IMG/VR virus record: IMGVR_UViG_3300027971_000001
Reading direction: 5' to 3' (one strand)
DNA: 64,000 nucleotides
From: a virus
Taxonomy: Duplodnaviria > Caudoviricetes
Part shown: in pieces, positions 46,322 to 56,248 of the stretch
Layout of the letters: each line of letters starts with the position of its first letter
Numbering within the stretch: position 1 is the stretch's first letter
Made by a program: the position numbers and the translations under genes
Notes under the pieces: generated by a model
Told to the model about the DNA's origin: nothing
Seen by the model: the letters and a program-made list of their open reading frames with translations, nothing else
The model's database searches: none

Positions 46322-49300
46322 TTATGCTTGAGCTTCAGTCCAAGATAATCGGGATTGTACAGGGATTGTTAAAGAAGTATTAAAACCACTGGAAAGTGGT
46401 GTTACTAATACGTGCAACACGTCAGGACCGTCTGGATATACGTCTTGTGCAGAGGATGAAACAAAATTGCTTATTCCACCTCCCAAAATACTGTTACCCA
46501 AATCTCTTACAACTGTAAGATCCTCAACCTGTCTGGGACCTGCTGCAAAAAATCCATAAATTGATTCACCACCGACTACTGAAACAGCAGCAGTTCCTGT
46601 ATAATAACTGATTTGTGCAAGGCTTGATCCTCCAATGGACTGCCAAGGATAATTGACAGGTCCTGCAGGAGTTAACAGTTTTCCATTCAAATTAAGTTCA
46701 ACACGAGCAATTGGATTATTGGATACATTATTAAACACAGGCAAACTAATATCCATGGATTGAAGTTTCAATTGCATTCTGTTGATCACTTCTTTAACTC
46801 CCAATGCACCAGTTCTTCCACTGTCAACACTAGGGGCAAGACGCAAACTCATAATAGCATTTCTTATTCCAGGAACTATAGATGTTGGAGCAGTATTTCC
46901 TGCATTAAATGAATAAGACAAATCATTATCAAATCTTCCATCCATGATAACACTGCTTCCCCAATGACTGATTACAGCTGCGGGTGTTCCTGAAATTGCA
47001 GGGGTTGTATTGTTAAGAGCTGCAAGTTCTATTACAACAGGAGCTGTTGGTGAATATGTGAATGTGGTTGCTACGGTTCCTCCAGCTTGTGCTCTGGTTA
47101 GTCCTGTGAATGTTGTGGCCGTTTTTCCTGTGTATGCAATATATTCAATTGCAGCGGATCCACTTGGGAATGTTGTAGCATCTGTTACACGCAATAATCC
47201 TGTTGATGGGAAATTGCTAGCATCGGCAACATTCATTGTGGTTGTTTCAGAACTGGCAAGTGTAGAAGCCAATGATGTTGAATTAAGGAAAGAATTTACT
47301 TCATATCGGGCCGGTAAATTTCCAGAACGGAAATATGCCTCGGTATTAACATTGTTATTAACCATTTTATGGCAATAACTGACATTTCCATTTGCAGATC
47401 TCATTCCCCATCTTATGAATCCTGCTCCATACCATGAGTAGTCAATATAAAGCATCTGCATTTTTGATAAGTCAACAGTATAACCACTTGGACCTGTTCC
47501 GTTAAATTTGTCAATGTTCCAAGCACTTTGAGGAACTTTAGTATCTATAGTTTTACTAACAACCGCAAACGATGGAGATACAATTGAAGGACCTCTGTAT
47601 TCAGGACTAATCAATAATTGCGTTTGACTTATAATGCTTGTTACGCGATAGCTGATTCCTTTTATTACAATAAAATCTCCGAACTTCAATTGATCAGCAA
47701 ATCTTGTATTTGTTCCGGTAACAATATTTTGTCCGCTTAATACGCTTACATTTCCTTGAATTTGATATGTACTGTTTCTACGAACAACATAAAGATTTTG
47801 TCCGTCAAATTCAAAAAATGCACCGTTTTGATTATCAAACATTCCAACACGAACAGTTCCATTATACCAAGAATTTGCTCCTGCAATTATAAAATTATTT
47901 CCGGATGCTGAAGCAGGAGAAGTTGGTGTTCCAGCAATAGTATATGTAAATGAAAGATCATTCGGAACCGAAGCAACTGTGAATATTCCGTTATAATCGG
48001 ATTGAGCAGCACCAGAAAGATAAATTTGAGATCCTGGAACCATTCCGTGAAGATTTTTTGTATTCACAGTTACCACCCCACCTGAATATGTGACTTGATC
48101 TAAATTGAAATTGGGCTTTAAAAGGGTTCCTGTGCTGAATTGAATTCCTTTTCCGGATTGATAACGGAAATATCTACGGGTTTGACGAATGTGTTGTGCA
48201 TTCGGTGTATAAGCTCCATTTGAAAATTGTATTCCACCATCATATGCACGATGAAGAGAGAACCCTGCAGGACGAGAATACACGCAATTTGCTGGTGAAG
48301 TTGTAACTGCGGTGCCTGTTCCAATTGCAACTGTAGGTGTATCATTTGCACTAAATGTGAATGATCTGGTATTTGGTGTTGTTAATACAACGTGAGAACC
48401 AGATGGTCCAGGTGAAGTTGCACAGTAAACGTTTGAAACGAAAATTAAATCGCCAACATACAAATTATGTGCTGAAACTGTAGTACAAGTGATTATACGA
48501 GGATCTGCCGGTGCTGCACCTGCATTAAAAGTAAAAGCTGTGCTATTTCCAGTATTCACCGGAATAGAAGCGCCAGAATAAAAACTACAAGGGAATGTTA
48601 AAGTTTTTGTGTAATCATAAATCGTTCCAGGTGCTATTGAATTTTTAACTGTATATTTGTATGCCGATGTATATCCAGGTCCTACCGTATAATATTCAGA
48701 TAGATAAAAACCGTTTGCATTATAATCTGTGGCATCCTGAACATAAATTACAACAGGATAATTATTTGTTCCGTATGATACTCCTCCTGTAGGAATGCTT
48801 CTATCAAAAAAACCACCAAAAACGGGTTGACCTGTTAACGATACAGACCTTGAACCGTTTGCGGAAAGTGACCAAGTATTGTTTGGTATAATAAACGGAG
48901 TTGTTGAATCATAAAAAACTGTTGGTTTATTATTCAGAAGTTGAACAAATTCCCATTTGGTGCTTTGTAACCCATATTCAAAATCGGTATCAATCAAAGA
49001 TTGTGGTTGGCTAACTCTGCTTTTGTTGACTGGATCAAAATATTCCTCTTGAGGAACAATTGCCATGGTAGGTGTATCGTAAATTACTTGAAGTTGATCC
49101 GCAGAATTATAACCTCCTGTTGTTGTATCCAATTGAAGTGTTAAAGTTTTTCCATTCGCATCCCATGTACCACCCAATCCCGATATGCTTTCTGCATAAA
49201 GAATATTGTTTGTTGTTTGATCTACAACAACCATCAACCTATTATTTGTAAAATTAGGAACAGCAGAGAAACTAAGTGTTTTTGTGCTGGGTGTAAAAAC

Positions 49301-49327
49301 CGGATTTGTTGTTAAAACAGATTTCAT
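46322..49327 (-). CDS. Large tail fibre/structural protein, paralog 3
   Basis: SLIDTDFEYG...RYQSGK...WYGAG...SHWG...SWTEAQ scaffold. Confidence 0.75.
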   Translation of the reverse strand: MKSVLTTNPVFTPSTKTLSFSAVPNFTNNRLMVVVDQTTNNILYAESISGLGGTWDANGKTLTLQLDTTTGGYNSADQLQVIYDTPTMAIVPQEEYFDPVNKSRVSQPQSLIDTDFEYGLQSTKWEFVQLLNNKPTVFYDSTTPFIIPNNTWSLSANGSRSVSLTGQPVFGGFFDRSIPTGGVSYGTNNYPVVIYVQDATDYNANGFYLSEYYTVGPGYTSAYKYTVKNSIAPGTIYDYTKTLTFPCSFYSGASIPVNTGNSTAFTFNAGAAPADPRIITCTTVSAHNLYVGDLIFVSNVYCATSPGPSGSHVVLTTPNTRSFTFSANDTPTVAIGTGTAVTTSPANCVYSRPAGFSLHRAYDGGIQFSNGAYTPNAQHIRQTRRYFRYQSGKGIQFSTGTLLKPNFNLDQVTYSGGVVTVNTKNLHGMVPGSQIYLSGAAQSDYNGIFTVASVPNDLSFTYTIAGTPTSPASASGNNFIIAGANSWYNGTVRVGMFDNQNGAFFEFDGQNLYVVRRNSTYQIQGNVSVLSGQNIVTGTNTRFADQLKFGDFIVIKGISYRVTSIISQTQLLISPEYRGPSIVSPSFAVVSKTIDTKVPQSAWNIDKFNGTGPSGYTVDLSKMQMLYIDYSWYGAGFIRWGMRSANGNVSYCHKMVNNNVNTEAYFRSGNLPARYEVNSFLNSTSLASTLASSETTTMNVADASNFPSTGLLRVTDATTFPSGSAAIEYIAYTGKTATTFTGLTRAQAGGTVATTFTYSPTAPVVIELAALNNTTPAISGTPAAVISHWGSSVIMDGRFDNDLSYSFNAGNTAPTSIVPGIRNAIMSLRLAPSVDSGRTGALGVKEVINRMQLKLQSMDISLPVFNNVSNNPIARVELNLNGKLLTPAGPVNYPWQSIGGSSLAQISYYTGTAAVSVVGGESIYGFFAAGPRQVEDLTVVRDLGNSILGGGISNFVSSSAQDVYPDGPDVLHVLVTPLSSGFNTSLTIPVQSRLSWTEAQA

Positions 49328-49347
49328 TTCTTATATTATTTATATAT

Positions 49348-49659
49348 TTAGCTGAATAAGACTGCGGATATAAATCCATATAAAGCACTATTGCTGTTTA
49401 AGTTAGTATATGCTGACTCATATTTGGAACTATTTGCATTAAGACTTGTATAAGCACTGTTTCCGCCCTGCCAGCTTGCACTATTAGCATTAACTGTGGT
49501 GTATGTTCCTGCTGAAAAGCTGCTTAATCCTGATGCCAAAGTGGTGGTTAAGTCATTATAACCTATCCTTGTTTCACTTATATTTCTATAACCAACAAGG
49601 AAATCTGTAGCTCCCAGACCGCTTATTTGCTGAAATGTTGCGAAAGTATCGTTGGCCAT
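49348..49659 (-). CDS. Small virion protein with NSA(S/N)W-type repeats
   Basis: VNANSASW...LNANSSKY...LNSNSALY. Confidence 0.55.
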   Translation of the reverse strand: MANDTFATFQQISGLGATDFLVGYRNISETRIGYNDLTTTLASGLSSFSAGTYTTVNANSASWQGGNSAYTSLNANSSKYESAYTNLNSNSALYGFISAVLFS

Positions 49660-49660
49660 A

Positions 49661-50614
49661 TTACATTCCCATTCCTCTTTGTTGTTGTTCCTTGTATATC
49701 ACCTTTTCTTTTTCTATAATCTTGGGTTTTTCAACAATATGGTGTTTTTCAATAATTTTAGGTTCAACAAAGGTTTCAACAATATTTAGCTTAGTTTTTT
49801 CCAAATATTGATATAAAAGAACCAATGACAATGCCATAGGATCAAAAACAAAGATTAATACCAAAATAAAATAACGCACTGTTCGGTCCAAATCCAATCC
49901 CAATCCATCTGCAATAAACTTGAATGTCAAAATATCACTCTTTTTGGCTTGAGTTTGACGACTGTTTAATATCTGATTTTCCAAATCCAATATCTCTTTT
50001 TGAATAATATCATATTGTTGCATCAAATTTGAATATTCAGTATTTGCATTTTGAATTGCATCTGATGAAATCTGGATCATTTTGTCTTTTGTTTGTTGGG
50101 CTTTTTTATCGTTATAAACAATCTTTTCACCATCCCGATCTTTTCCTTCTACCATTGTGGTGCTTTTTACAGCATCATTCAAACGCAGTTCTTGTTCTTT
50201 TTTGCTATCATTTAATTTTTTAAGACGATCATCGTATTGAACAAGCATTTCCTTTTTCTTGCTTTTGATACTTTCCAGATTTATTATTTTTCCTTCATCA
50301 ATACTATATTCTGCTTTACTGACAGTATAAGCTGAACTAAGAAATCCATAAATTCCAAGACTTGTAATAATTGAAAGAGCAACCACTCCTGCAAACAAGT
50401 ACGTTTTTAAGAATTTGTTAAGATTTCCCCAAAGATTATGAAGTCCTACAGTTGCTGTAAACTTAGCTGCTTCAAGACCTAATCCCAAAATAATAATGCT
50501 TATAAACTGGCTTTTGAAAAGATGTGCCATTCCATAAACAGAAAAGAATGCAGCACTACCTGCAAGAATGAATATGCTTCCAAGAAGCGAAGGCTTGAAC
50601 CAATTCTGCTTCAC
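49661..50614 (-). CDS. Membrane protein with long coiled coil
   Basis: Three N-terminal TMs, coiled coil, C-terminal TM. Confidence 0.7.
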   Translation of the reverse strand: MKQNWFKPSLLGSIFILAGSAAFFSVYGMAHLFKSQFISIIILGLGLEAAKFTATVGLHNLWGNLNKFLKTYLFAGVVALSIITSLGIYGFLSSAYTVSKAEYSIDEGKIINLESIKSKKKEMLVQYDDRLKKLNDSKKEQELRLNDAVKSTTMVEGKDRDGEKIVYNDKKAQQTKDKMIQISSDAIQNANTEYSNLMQQYDIIQKEILDLENQILNSRQTQAKKSDILTFKFIADGLGLDLDRTVRYFILVLIFVFDPMALSLVLLYQYLEKTKLNIVETFVEPKIIEKHHIVEKPKIIEKEKVIYKEQQQRGMGM

Positions 50615-51054
50615 GAAAGGAATGTAATATCACCAGAAGAAGGAGCAGCTCCACCTGCTGTTACTCTTGCACCATTTGCATTGATGGGAAGAATACCAAC
50701 AGGAACTGTTCCGAAACTTATCCATTGTCCTCCTATATAAAAATCATAAGCTTTGCTGGCTCCAACAAAAACATTGGCTCCTGCTGAAACCGGATCCAGA
50801 ACAGTGTTTACAGTGATGGGAATAGCTTTTGTGAATCCCGCTGGAGTTGTTACAACGGCATATCGATTATAAACATATGGCTGAATGTCTATAAATGCAG
50901 GATTGGCACAAACGCTGGGGTTTAGTGACGAATTTAGTATATTTTGCTTGTAAGATGTTACAGGAGGAAAAGCAGTGCTACTTGCTAGCTCTTTAAACTT
51001 TCCTTCTTCAAACGTTTGGTAATATCTGACTACATTTGCTGGTAAATATGCCAT
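50611..51054 (-). CDS. Hypothetical, possibly structural protein
   Basis: TAAATA upstream. Confidence 0.6.
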   Translation of the reverse strand: MAYLPANVVRYYQTFEEGKFKELASSTAFPPVTSYKQNILNSSLNPSVCANPAFIDIQPYVYNRYAVVTTPAGFTKAIPITVNTVLDPVSAGANVFVGASKAYDFYIGGQWISFGTVPVGILPINANGARVTAGGAAPSSGDITFLS

Positions 51055-51303
51055 GCAAATATTTAGTAAAAATGGCTTTAATTAATAAAACCATTTTTCA
51101 AATTATATACACTATTTCCTTCTTGGTCTGTTATTTCCAGGATTTCATCCGTATAACAATTTATTTTTTCAAAAATACTTTTGTGGGCTTCATGAGCATC
51201 CAACGCACTCACGTCTTGAGTATGAATCTGTTTCTTTTCATTGTTAATGATCTTTACAGTGTACTTTTCATTCATAAAACTATTTACAACCTTGTTTGAA
51301 TTT

Positions 51304-51519
51304 TTAAAGCTGGGAAGGACGCTTAATATGTAATGTAAAATTCTCACAGCCAACACAATCTTCAATATTAAAGCAACGAAATCTTCCGTCATTTAGCTGA
51401 ACAATAAACATAGGAGAATGGTCTAGACCATAATCAATCAATACTATTGCACGACCTTCACCATGTTCTTTGGCTTGAACCCATATTGGCGGTTCAAGCT
51501 GCAACAATGTTTGCCTCAT
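51304..51519 (-). CDS. Small phage hypothetical protein
   Basis: PPIWV...GEGRAIVLIDYG motif. Confidence 0.6.
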   Translation of the reverse strand: MRQTLLQLEPPIWVQAKEHGEGRAIVLIDYGLDHSPMFIVQLNDGRFRCFNIEDCVGCENFTLHIKRPSQL

Positions 51520-51878
51520 TAGAAACTACCCAGATGTTCAATACCTGTTTTTTTATTTAATATATTATTTTCTGTCAGAATAAAATTGCCATATACATTT
51601 GTTTGCAAAATATTTTTATTTTGCAAATTAATACTGCGTCCCATGTTTTTATCAGCTATTGCTTCAATTATCAAACAAGGAGAAAAGCCATTTAAAAACA
51701 TGCTATTACTTTTCCATTCATAAACATACCGATTTCCATGTACTTGCTTAAGGAAAAGAACAGGTCTTTTTTCACAAAATAGGCTTAAATAAGCATCAAT
51801 TTTTGCAAAATTCTCTTGAATATGCCTATTTCCTGTATACAATGATGCAATATTTTTATAGTCCTGTGCAAGCTTCAT
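51519..51878 (-). CDS. Hypothetical protein
   Basis: TAAATA 6 nt upstream. Confidence 0.55.
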   Translation of the reverse strand: MKLAQDYKNIASLYTGNRHIQENFAKIDAYLSLFCEKRPVLFLKQVHGNRYVYEWKSNSMFLNGFSPCLIIEAIADKNMGRSINLQNKNILQTNVYGNFILTENNILNKKTGIEHLGSF

Positions 51879-51911
51879 CCTTATTATTTAGTAATATAAA
51901 TATTATATAAA

Positions 51912-52352
51912 ATGAGTTTAAAACTTTGTTTTACTCGTAGGTTCAACAGGTTACTAAGCGAACTTAAGATTGATGATGGTTTTTTAAGAAAAGAGATATT
52001 AAACCTTTTCAAAGGTATAAAGAAAAAAATACGTTCTAAACGATTATTTTTCGATACTCATGGCAACCTTAAGAATTCGTGTTATGTGCATTGTTTGATA
52101 CGCATTCAAACATATTCAATTGATAATTGTCACTTTAATAAAAAGCGACGTAATTTTTTACGAGATCTACTGCATGAATTAAGGCATTTCCAACAACACA
52201 TAATTTACCAAATGGATATGAATGAGTATAGCTTAAAAGACATGAATGAAATAACAAAAGAGTATTACAACAGCAAAATTGAAATCGATGCCAGAAAATA
52301 CGAAAAACGTTACGTCAAAATTTATAAACGTCTCAGAAAACTTTACGGTTGA
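51912..52352 (+). CDS. HExxH-motif protein, zincin-like candidate
   Basis: LLHELRHFQQ. Confidence 0.55.
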   Translation: MSLKLCFTRRFNRLLSELKIDDGFLRKEILNLFKGIKKKIRSKRLFFDTHGNLKNSCYVHCLIRIQTYSIDNCHFNKKRRNFLRDLLHELRHFQQHIIYQMDMNEYSLKDMNEITKEYYNSKIEIDARKYEKRYVKIYKRLRKLYG

Positions 52353-52623
52353 TAAGGTAAAGAGTTCCAGGGATGCAAAAAAATAACCATCCCAGATCAA
52401 AAAGAAATCCGGCAATAAACAAACTCAACCAAAAACTAATGCATATATGGCAACCGTTTAGTTTTGCCAGCAATGGATATTTTAATGAAAGATAATCTTG
52501 CAAAGGAATTTTTGTAAAAATTTGAAAATGTTCCTGAATAGGACTTTTAAACCATATAACCAAAAGGGTTTCAACAATCAAACCCGCAAGAAAAATTGAT
52601 TCAAGCAGCATTTTCCAAAACAA
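52333..52623 (-). CDS. DUF1360-like membrane protein
   Basis: LNGCHICISFW motif between TM helices. Confidence 0.55.
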   Translation of the reverse strand: MFWKMLLESIFLAGLIVETLLVIWFKSPIQEHFQIFTKIPLQDYLSLKYPLLAKLNGCHICISFWLSLFIAGFLFDLGWLFFCIPGTLYLINRKVF

Positions 52624-52846
52624 GATTTTTTTTGATTGCTTGAATAGTGTTGGTTCTTAAATTATTATGCATGCAAGGATAACATCCACCTTGCTTTTTC
52701 AAATTGGCATTGGCCGTGATATAATTGTTTCTTAACGATTGGCAATTCTGAATTTCACTTGGACAAGGTTCTTCCATAATGAAAAACTGGTTTATTATAT
52801 TATATTCCCGAACAATATCCATAAACTTATAATCCAAAAGTGGCAC
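52601..52846 (-). CDS. Small Cys-containing protein
   Basis: CPSEIQNC...GGCYPC. Confidence 0.55.
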   Translation of the reverse strand: MPLLDYKFMDIVREYNIINQFFIMEEPCPSEIQNCQSLRNNYITANANLKKQGGCYPCMHNNLRTNTIQAIKKNLVLENAA

Positions 52847-53912
52847 TAAATGCGCTAGTCAAAGTGGTAAATGTCTGAGTTACTGGATTATATTTTTTAA
52901 ATGCTATTGTATCAACATAAGCATCATACCCGTCATCCACATTGATAAATGTACCCGCATGTACAAATACATCTTTGCTATTTTCTCCTTGGAAAAATGC
53001 ATTATATGAAATGGGCAAGATGGTTTCCACTGCACTCAAAGCAGCCACAAGAATAGCATCTGTAGCTATCTTCATTCTTGAAGCATATGTCCCACCTTGA
53101 GTAGGAGATGCGGCAGTTAATGCATTTCTTGTGGTTCGGTTTGAATATAATGTATTAACAAGTGTATATTGTTGAAAATCATTAATAGTAAATTCTGCAC
53201 TAGGGAATGTTGGTGCGGTTGCACTCAAAGGACCAACGATTCGAGCTTGAGCTGCATTTACAGCTCCACATGTTTGGCTAAGATTTCCACCTTGACCTCG
53301 ACGCTTCATGAAACCTACTTGACCACTCTTTGTAATTCCAATATGAGGATGCACATATATGAACAATGCACCCGTTTCAGTTACGTGACTCATCCATGCG
53401 AAAAGACCAACTATTCCTGGGAAAGGATATCCACCAATTCCTCCTGCAAAGAATGGACCACTGAATTGTTGCAGAGATTCTGGATATTGCCCAAACGTGT
53501 TATTGGGGAATATGGGTGCATTTTTATCATCAGAACAAATACAAGCCGCCGTGATCACATCATCTGGGGTATAACCACAAAGAGTTTGTATAAATGTGGC
53601 ACATCTACTTCCAAATGTTTCTGCCAAAACAGCATTAGGATATGTAATTCTTACAGTGCTCGTATAAGCACTTTGATCGGCAGTAGCAGGTGATGTTTGG
53701 GTAGTATTGAATAAAGGAATATAATATGTTGCTCCATTGATCAAAACAGGCAATCCGGTAGAACCTTGGCTAATAGTTAGCCCAGTTGTGTAATTAGAAG
53801 CACTTGTCGGAAAACCGTATGTGCTATCAATTAAATTTTTAAAATCATTAGAAGAAGGTGTATGACCTGCTGAAAACGAATCGTATAGTGCATCTTTGCT
53901 TACAATTGACAT
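52827..53912 (-). CDS. LCIB/LCIC-family beta-carbonic anhydrase with N-terminal extension
   Basis: CICSDD...GPFFAGGIGGYPFPG...HPHIGI...RRGQ...TCGA; Cys/His/Cys zinc ligands. Confidence 0.78.
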   Translation of the reverse strand: MSIVSKDALYDSFSAGHTPSSNDFKNLIDSTYGFPTSASNYTTGLTISQGSTGLPVLINGATYYIPLFNTTQTSPATADQSAYTSTVRITYPNAVLAETFGSRCATFIQTLCGYTPDDVITAACICSDDKNAPIFPNNTFGQYPESLQQFSGPFFAGGIGGYPFPGIVGLFAWMSHVTETGALFIYVHPHIGITKSGQVGFMKRRGQGGNLSQTCGAVNAAQARIVGPLSATAPTFPSAEFTINDFQQYTLVNTLYSNRTTRNALTAASPTQGGTYASRMKIATDAILVAALSAVETILPISYNAFFQGENSKDVFVHAGTFINVDDGYDAYVDTIAFKKYNPVTQTFTTLTSAFSATFGL

Positions 53913-53920
53913 AATATTAT

Positions 53921-55717
53921 TTATGCAGGGGTTGGTGTTTCTCCACCTGTTGTTTCAGGTGTTTCTGGAGCTTCAGGTGCTTCTGGAGGAGCTTCCCCAC
54001 CGGCTTCAGGGGCTTCAGGGGCTGGTGTGGGTCCTCCTGGTGTTGGGCCAAATTCAGGAGGGGTTTCCGCTCCTCCACCTGCTTTTGGCTGCTTTTCACC
54101 ACTTTCAAACTGTTTACGCCAATCTGGACCTGCTCCTGAGATTTGATCAATCTCCCACTTGAGTTCGGCATCTTTACGAAGGAATTCACGATTGGCAAGA
54201 ACCATACGGTCAGTCCATCCCAAAATCTTCTTTTGCATGTAAATCTTGCTAATACTGTCATTATTAGTGATATTATTGAATCCTTCTGTACGCATCTGCA
54301 TTTTTTGCAATTCACGCATTTCATAAAAATTAGAGGGAACATTAAAAGTAAGATCAATATGATTCTCTTTCAAACCATACTCACTCCACATTCTTTTTAG
54401 TTTAAGATTTGTGATAAATCCATTCTTAAGACCATCAGCAAAACGAAGCTGTTGACGAATGATAAATTTGGAAAATTTAAGTTCTTCCCGAAGAATTTCT
54501 GTTCCATCCTTATATGTGTCTTCTGGATTCAAACGAGAAGAAGGAACTTTCAAACTTCTGTACAACTTTTTCATGAAGTACATTAAGTCATTCAATTCAC
54601 CCAGATTCTGACCACCTTGTAGTTGTGTTACATTGGTTCCTTCTTGACCAGTGCGCTTGGCAAACCAAAAACTATCTAACATGCTTTGTGGATTGAATTT
54701 CTGTACTGTTGCATCTTGACTGGAATCAAACGTTTTGCGATTCCAATACTGTTGCATGAGACGACGCATGTATCCTTCTGCTTTGGCCGGACTCATGTTT
54801 CCAACATCCACATTAAAAACAAGCTTTTCTGGAGCACGAACCAAACGATAAATTACAATACTATCTTCAATCAATGAAAGCTGGCGATAAGCTCGACGTG
54901 CATTTTCAAGAAAAGGAAGACGAACTGTTTTGTTTTCATTCCATATTCCGCTATTAATATAAGTTACCTGATTCTTATCCAAAGGAACGATTTGATAATC
55001 CACAACCTTAGTTGGATTTGTTTTATCAAAAATAGGTTTTCTTAAAACGAAACCTTTAACCAAAAGATTCTGCACATTTCCAAAAACAGGATCTATCAAC
55101 TCCGGAGGAATACTGACAACACCAAGAATACCTTCTTGGGGATAATCTCTATGAATGATATGCTCGAAATAAATTTCTGCATCCACAAGCAAATGACGGA
55201 AATATTCCCATCCCCTATGCTCTAATTCAAAAAGATTAATATAACGACGAAATTCCTTTTCAATTTCTTCTCTCTGAATATCTGTCAATTCAGAATCATG
55301 AAAACGCAGCTTTACAATTCTTCCTTCTTCATCGACATTTATAACTTCATCACAAATTTCATCCAATGCATCTGCAACTTCTGAAAAAGCTGCCATCGTT
55401 CTATAATCTCGGATTCTTGCTGCTTTATCTGATTGTATATTTGCATACAAATAAGTTGATAAACTGTTATCACTTGCAATTGCTCCAATGCTAGTTTCAT
55501 TTACGCTTGTGCTACTGCTTATACTATGTTTGGCAATTGCTTCTGTACGACGACTTCCAGTATCTTGAAAAAGAGAGAACTTAGGATTTAGTTGGGACAA
55601 AACATCAACAACAGAATAATTGTTGTATGGAAGACGTTCACTTATAAACTTTTGCAACCCACGACCAAAAGTTGTTGATCCACGATCATTTGTGGATGAG
55701 TAATCCGGTTGAGCCAT
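53921..55717 (-). CDS. gp20: Portal protein, T4 gp20-like
   Basis: EVADALDEICDE, LSLIEDSIVIYRLVRAPEKLVFNVDVGN, DSFWFAKR, LYRSLKVPSSRL, REELKFSKFI. Confidence 0.95.
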   Translation of the reverse strand: MAQPDYSSTNDRGSTTFGRGLQKFISERLPYNNYSVVDVLSQLNPKFSLFQDTGSRRTEAIAKHSISSSTSVNETSIGAIASDNSLSTYLYANIQSDKAARIRDYRTMAAFSEVADALDEICDEVINVDEEGRIVKLRFHDSELTDIQREEIEKEFRRYINLFELEHRGWEYFRHLLVDAEIYFEHIIHRDYPQEGILGVVSIPPELIDPVFGNVQNLLVKGFVLRKPIFDKTNPTKVVDYQIVPLDKNQVTYINSGIWNENKTVRLPFLENARRAYRQLSLIEDSIVIYRLVRAPEKLVFNVDVGNMSPAKAEGYMRRLMQQYWNRKTFDSSQDATVQKFNPQSMLDSFWFAKRTGQEGTNVTQLQGGQNLGELNDLMYFMKKLYRSLKVPSSRLNPEDTYKDGTEILREELKFSKFIIRQQLRFADGLKNGFITNLKLKRMWSEYGLKENHIDLTFNVPSNFYEMRELQKMQMRTEGFNNITNNDSISKIYMQKKILGWTDRMVLANREFLRKDAELKWEIDQISGAGPDWRKQFESGEKQPKAGGGAETPPEFGPTPGGPTPAPEAPEAGGEAPPEAPEAPETPETTGGETPTPA

Positions 55718-55783
55718 ATTATTTATTTATAAAATCAGGTAAATTTTCAATGCTAAATATTATTTTACAAATATTTGTATAAA

Positions 55784-56245
55784 CTAAGGATTATAAGCCA
55801 GATTACTGCCTGTATATGTTAGATAATTAAACAAATAGGTTAAAACAGAAACATTCTCACCTGCAGATATCATTTGCACATATGTAAATCGGCTGCTTTG
55901 ACTAGCCAGTGCGTAACCTGCGTCATTTGCAAAAACAAAATCAATTTTACAATTTCCCAGATAAACACTAGGCATTCTGAATCTTAATATATTATTATTT
56001 AAAACCTCATAACTGGTTATTGGATATCCTTTGAATGCCGGGAATTTTGCACTAATACTTTTTATATTTGAATAAAAATTATAACTAGAAAGTATAGGGT
56101 TTGTTACATTTGCTGAAAGATAAAGCCCATTTCCTGTTATGTAATCAAACATGTCTCCCTGAAATGTAAAAATAGCGGCGCTGGAACCTTGTACTATTGT
56201 AAGTGTAGGTTCCTGATTTAATTCGGGATAAAATCTTTTAATCAT
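55784..56245 (-). CDS. Hypothetical, possibly structural protein
   Basis: ORF between the gp15-like gene and the portal. Confidence 0.6.
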   Translation of the reverse strand: MIKRFYPELNQEPTLTIVQGSSAAIFTFQGDMFDYITGNGLYLSANVTNPILSSYNFYSNIKSISAKFPAFKGYPITSYEVLNNNILRFRMPSVYLGNCKIDFVFANDAGYALASQSSRFTYVQMISAGENVSVLTYLFNYLTYTGSNLAYNP

Positions 56246-56248
56246 ATA

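Noticed and set aside
51078-51392. ORF-track protein with N-terminal hydrophobic stretch
   Set aside because: The 5' part overlaps the 51304-51519 gene; at most the 3' portion (from MNEKY) may be real, so it was not called
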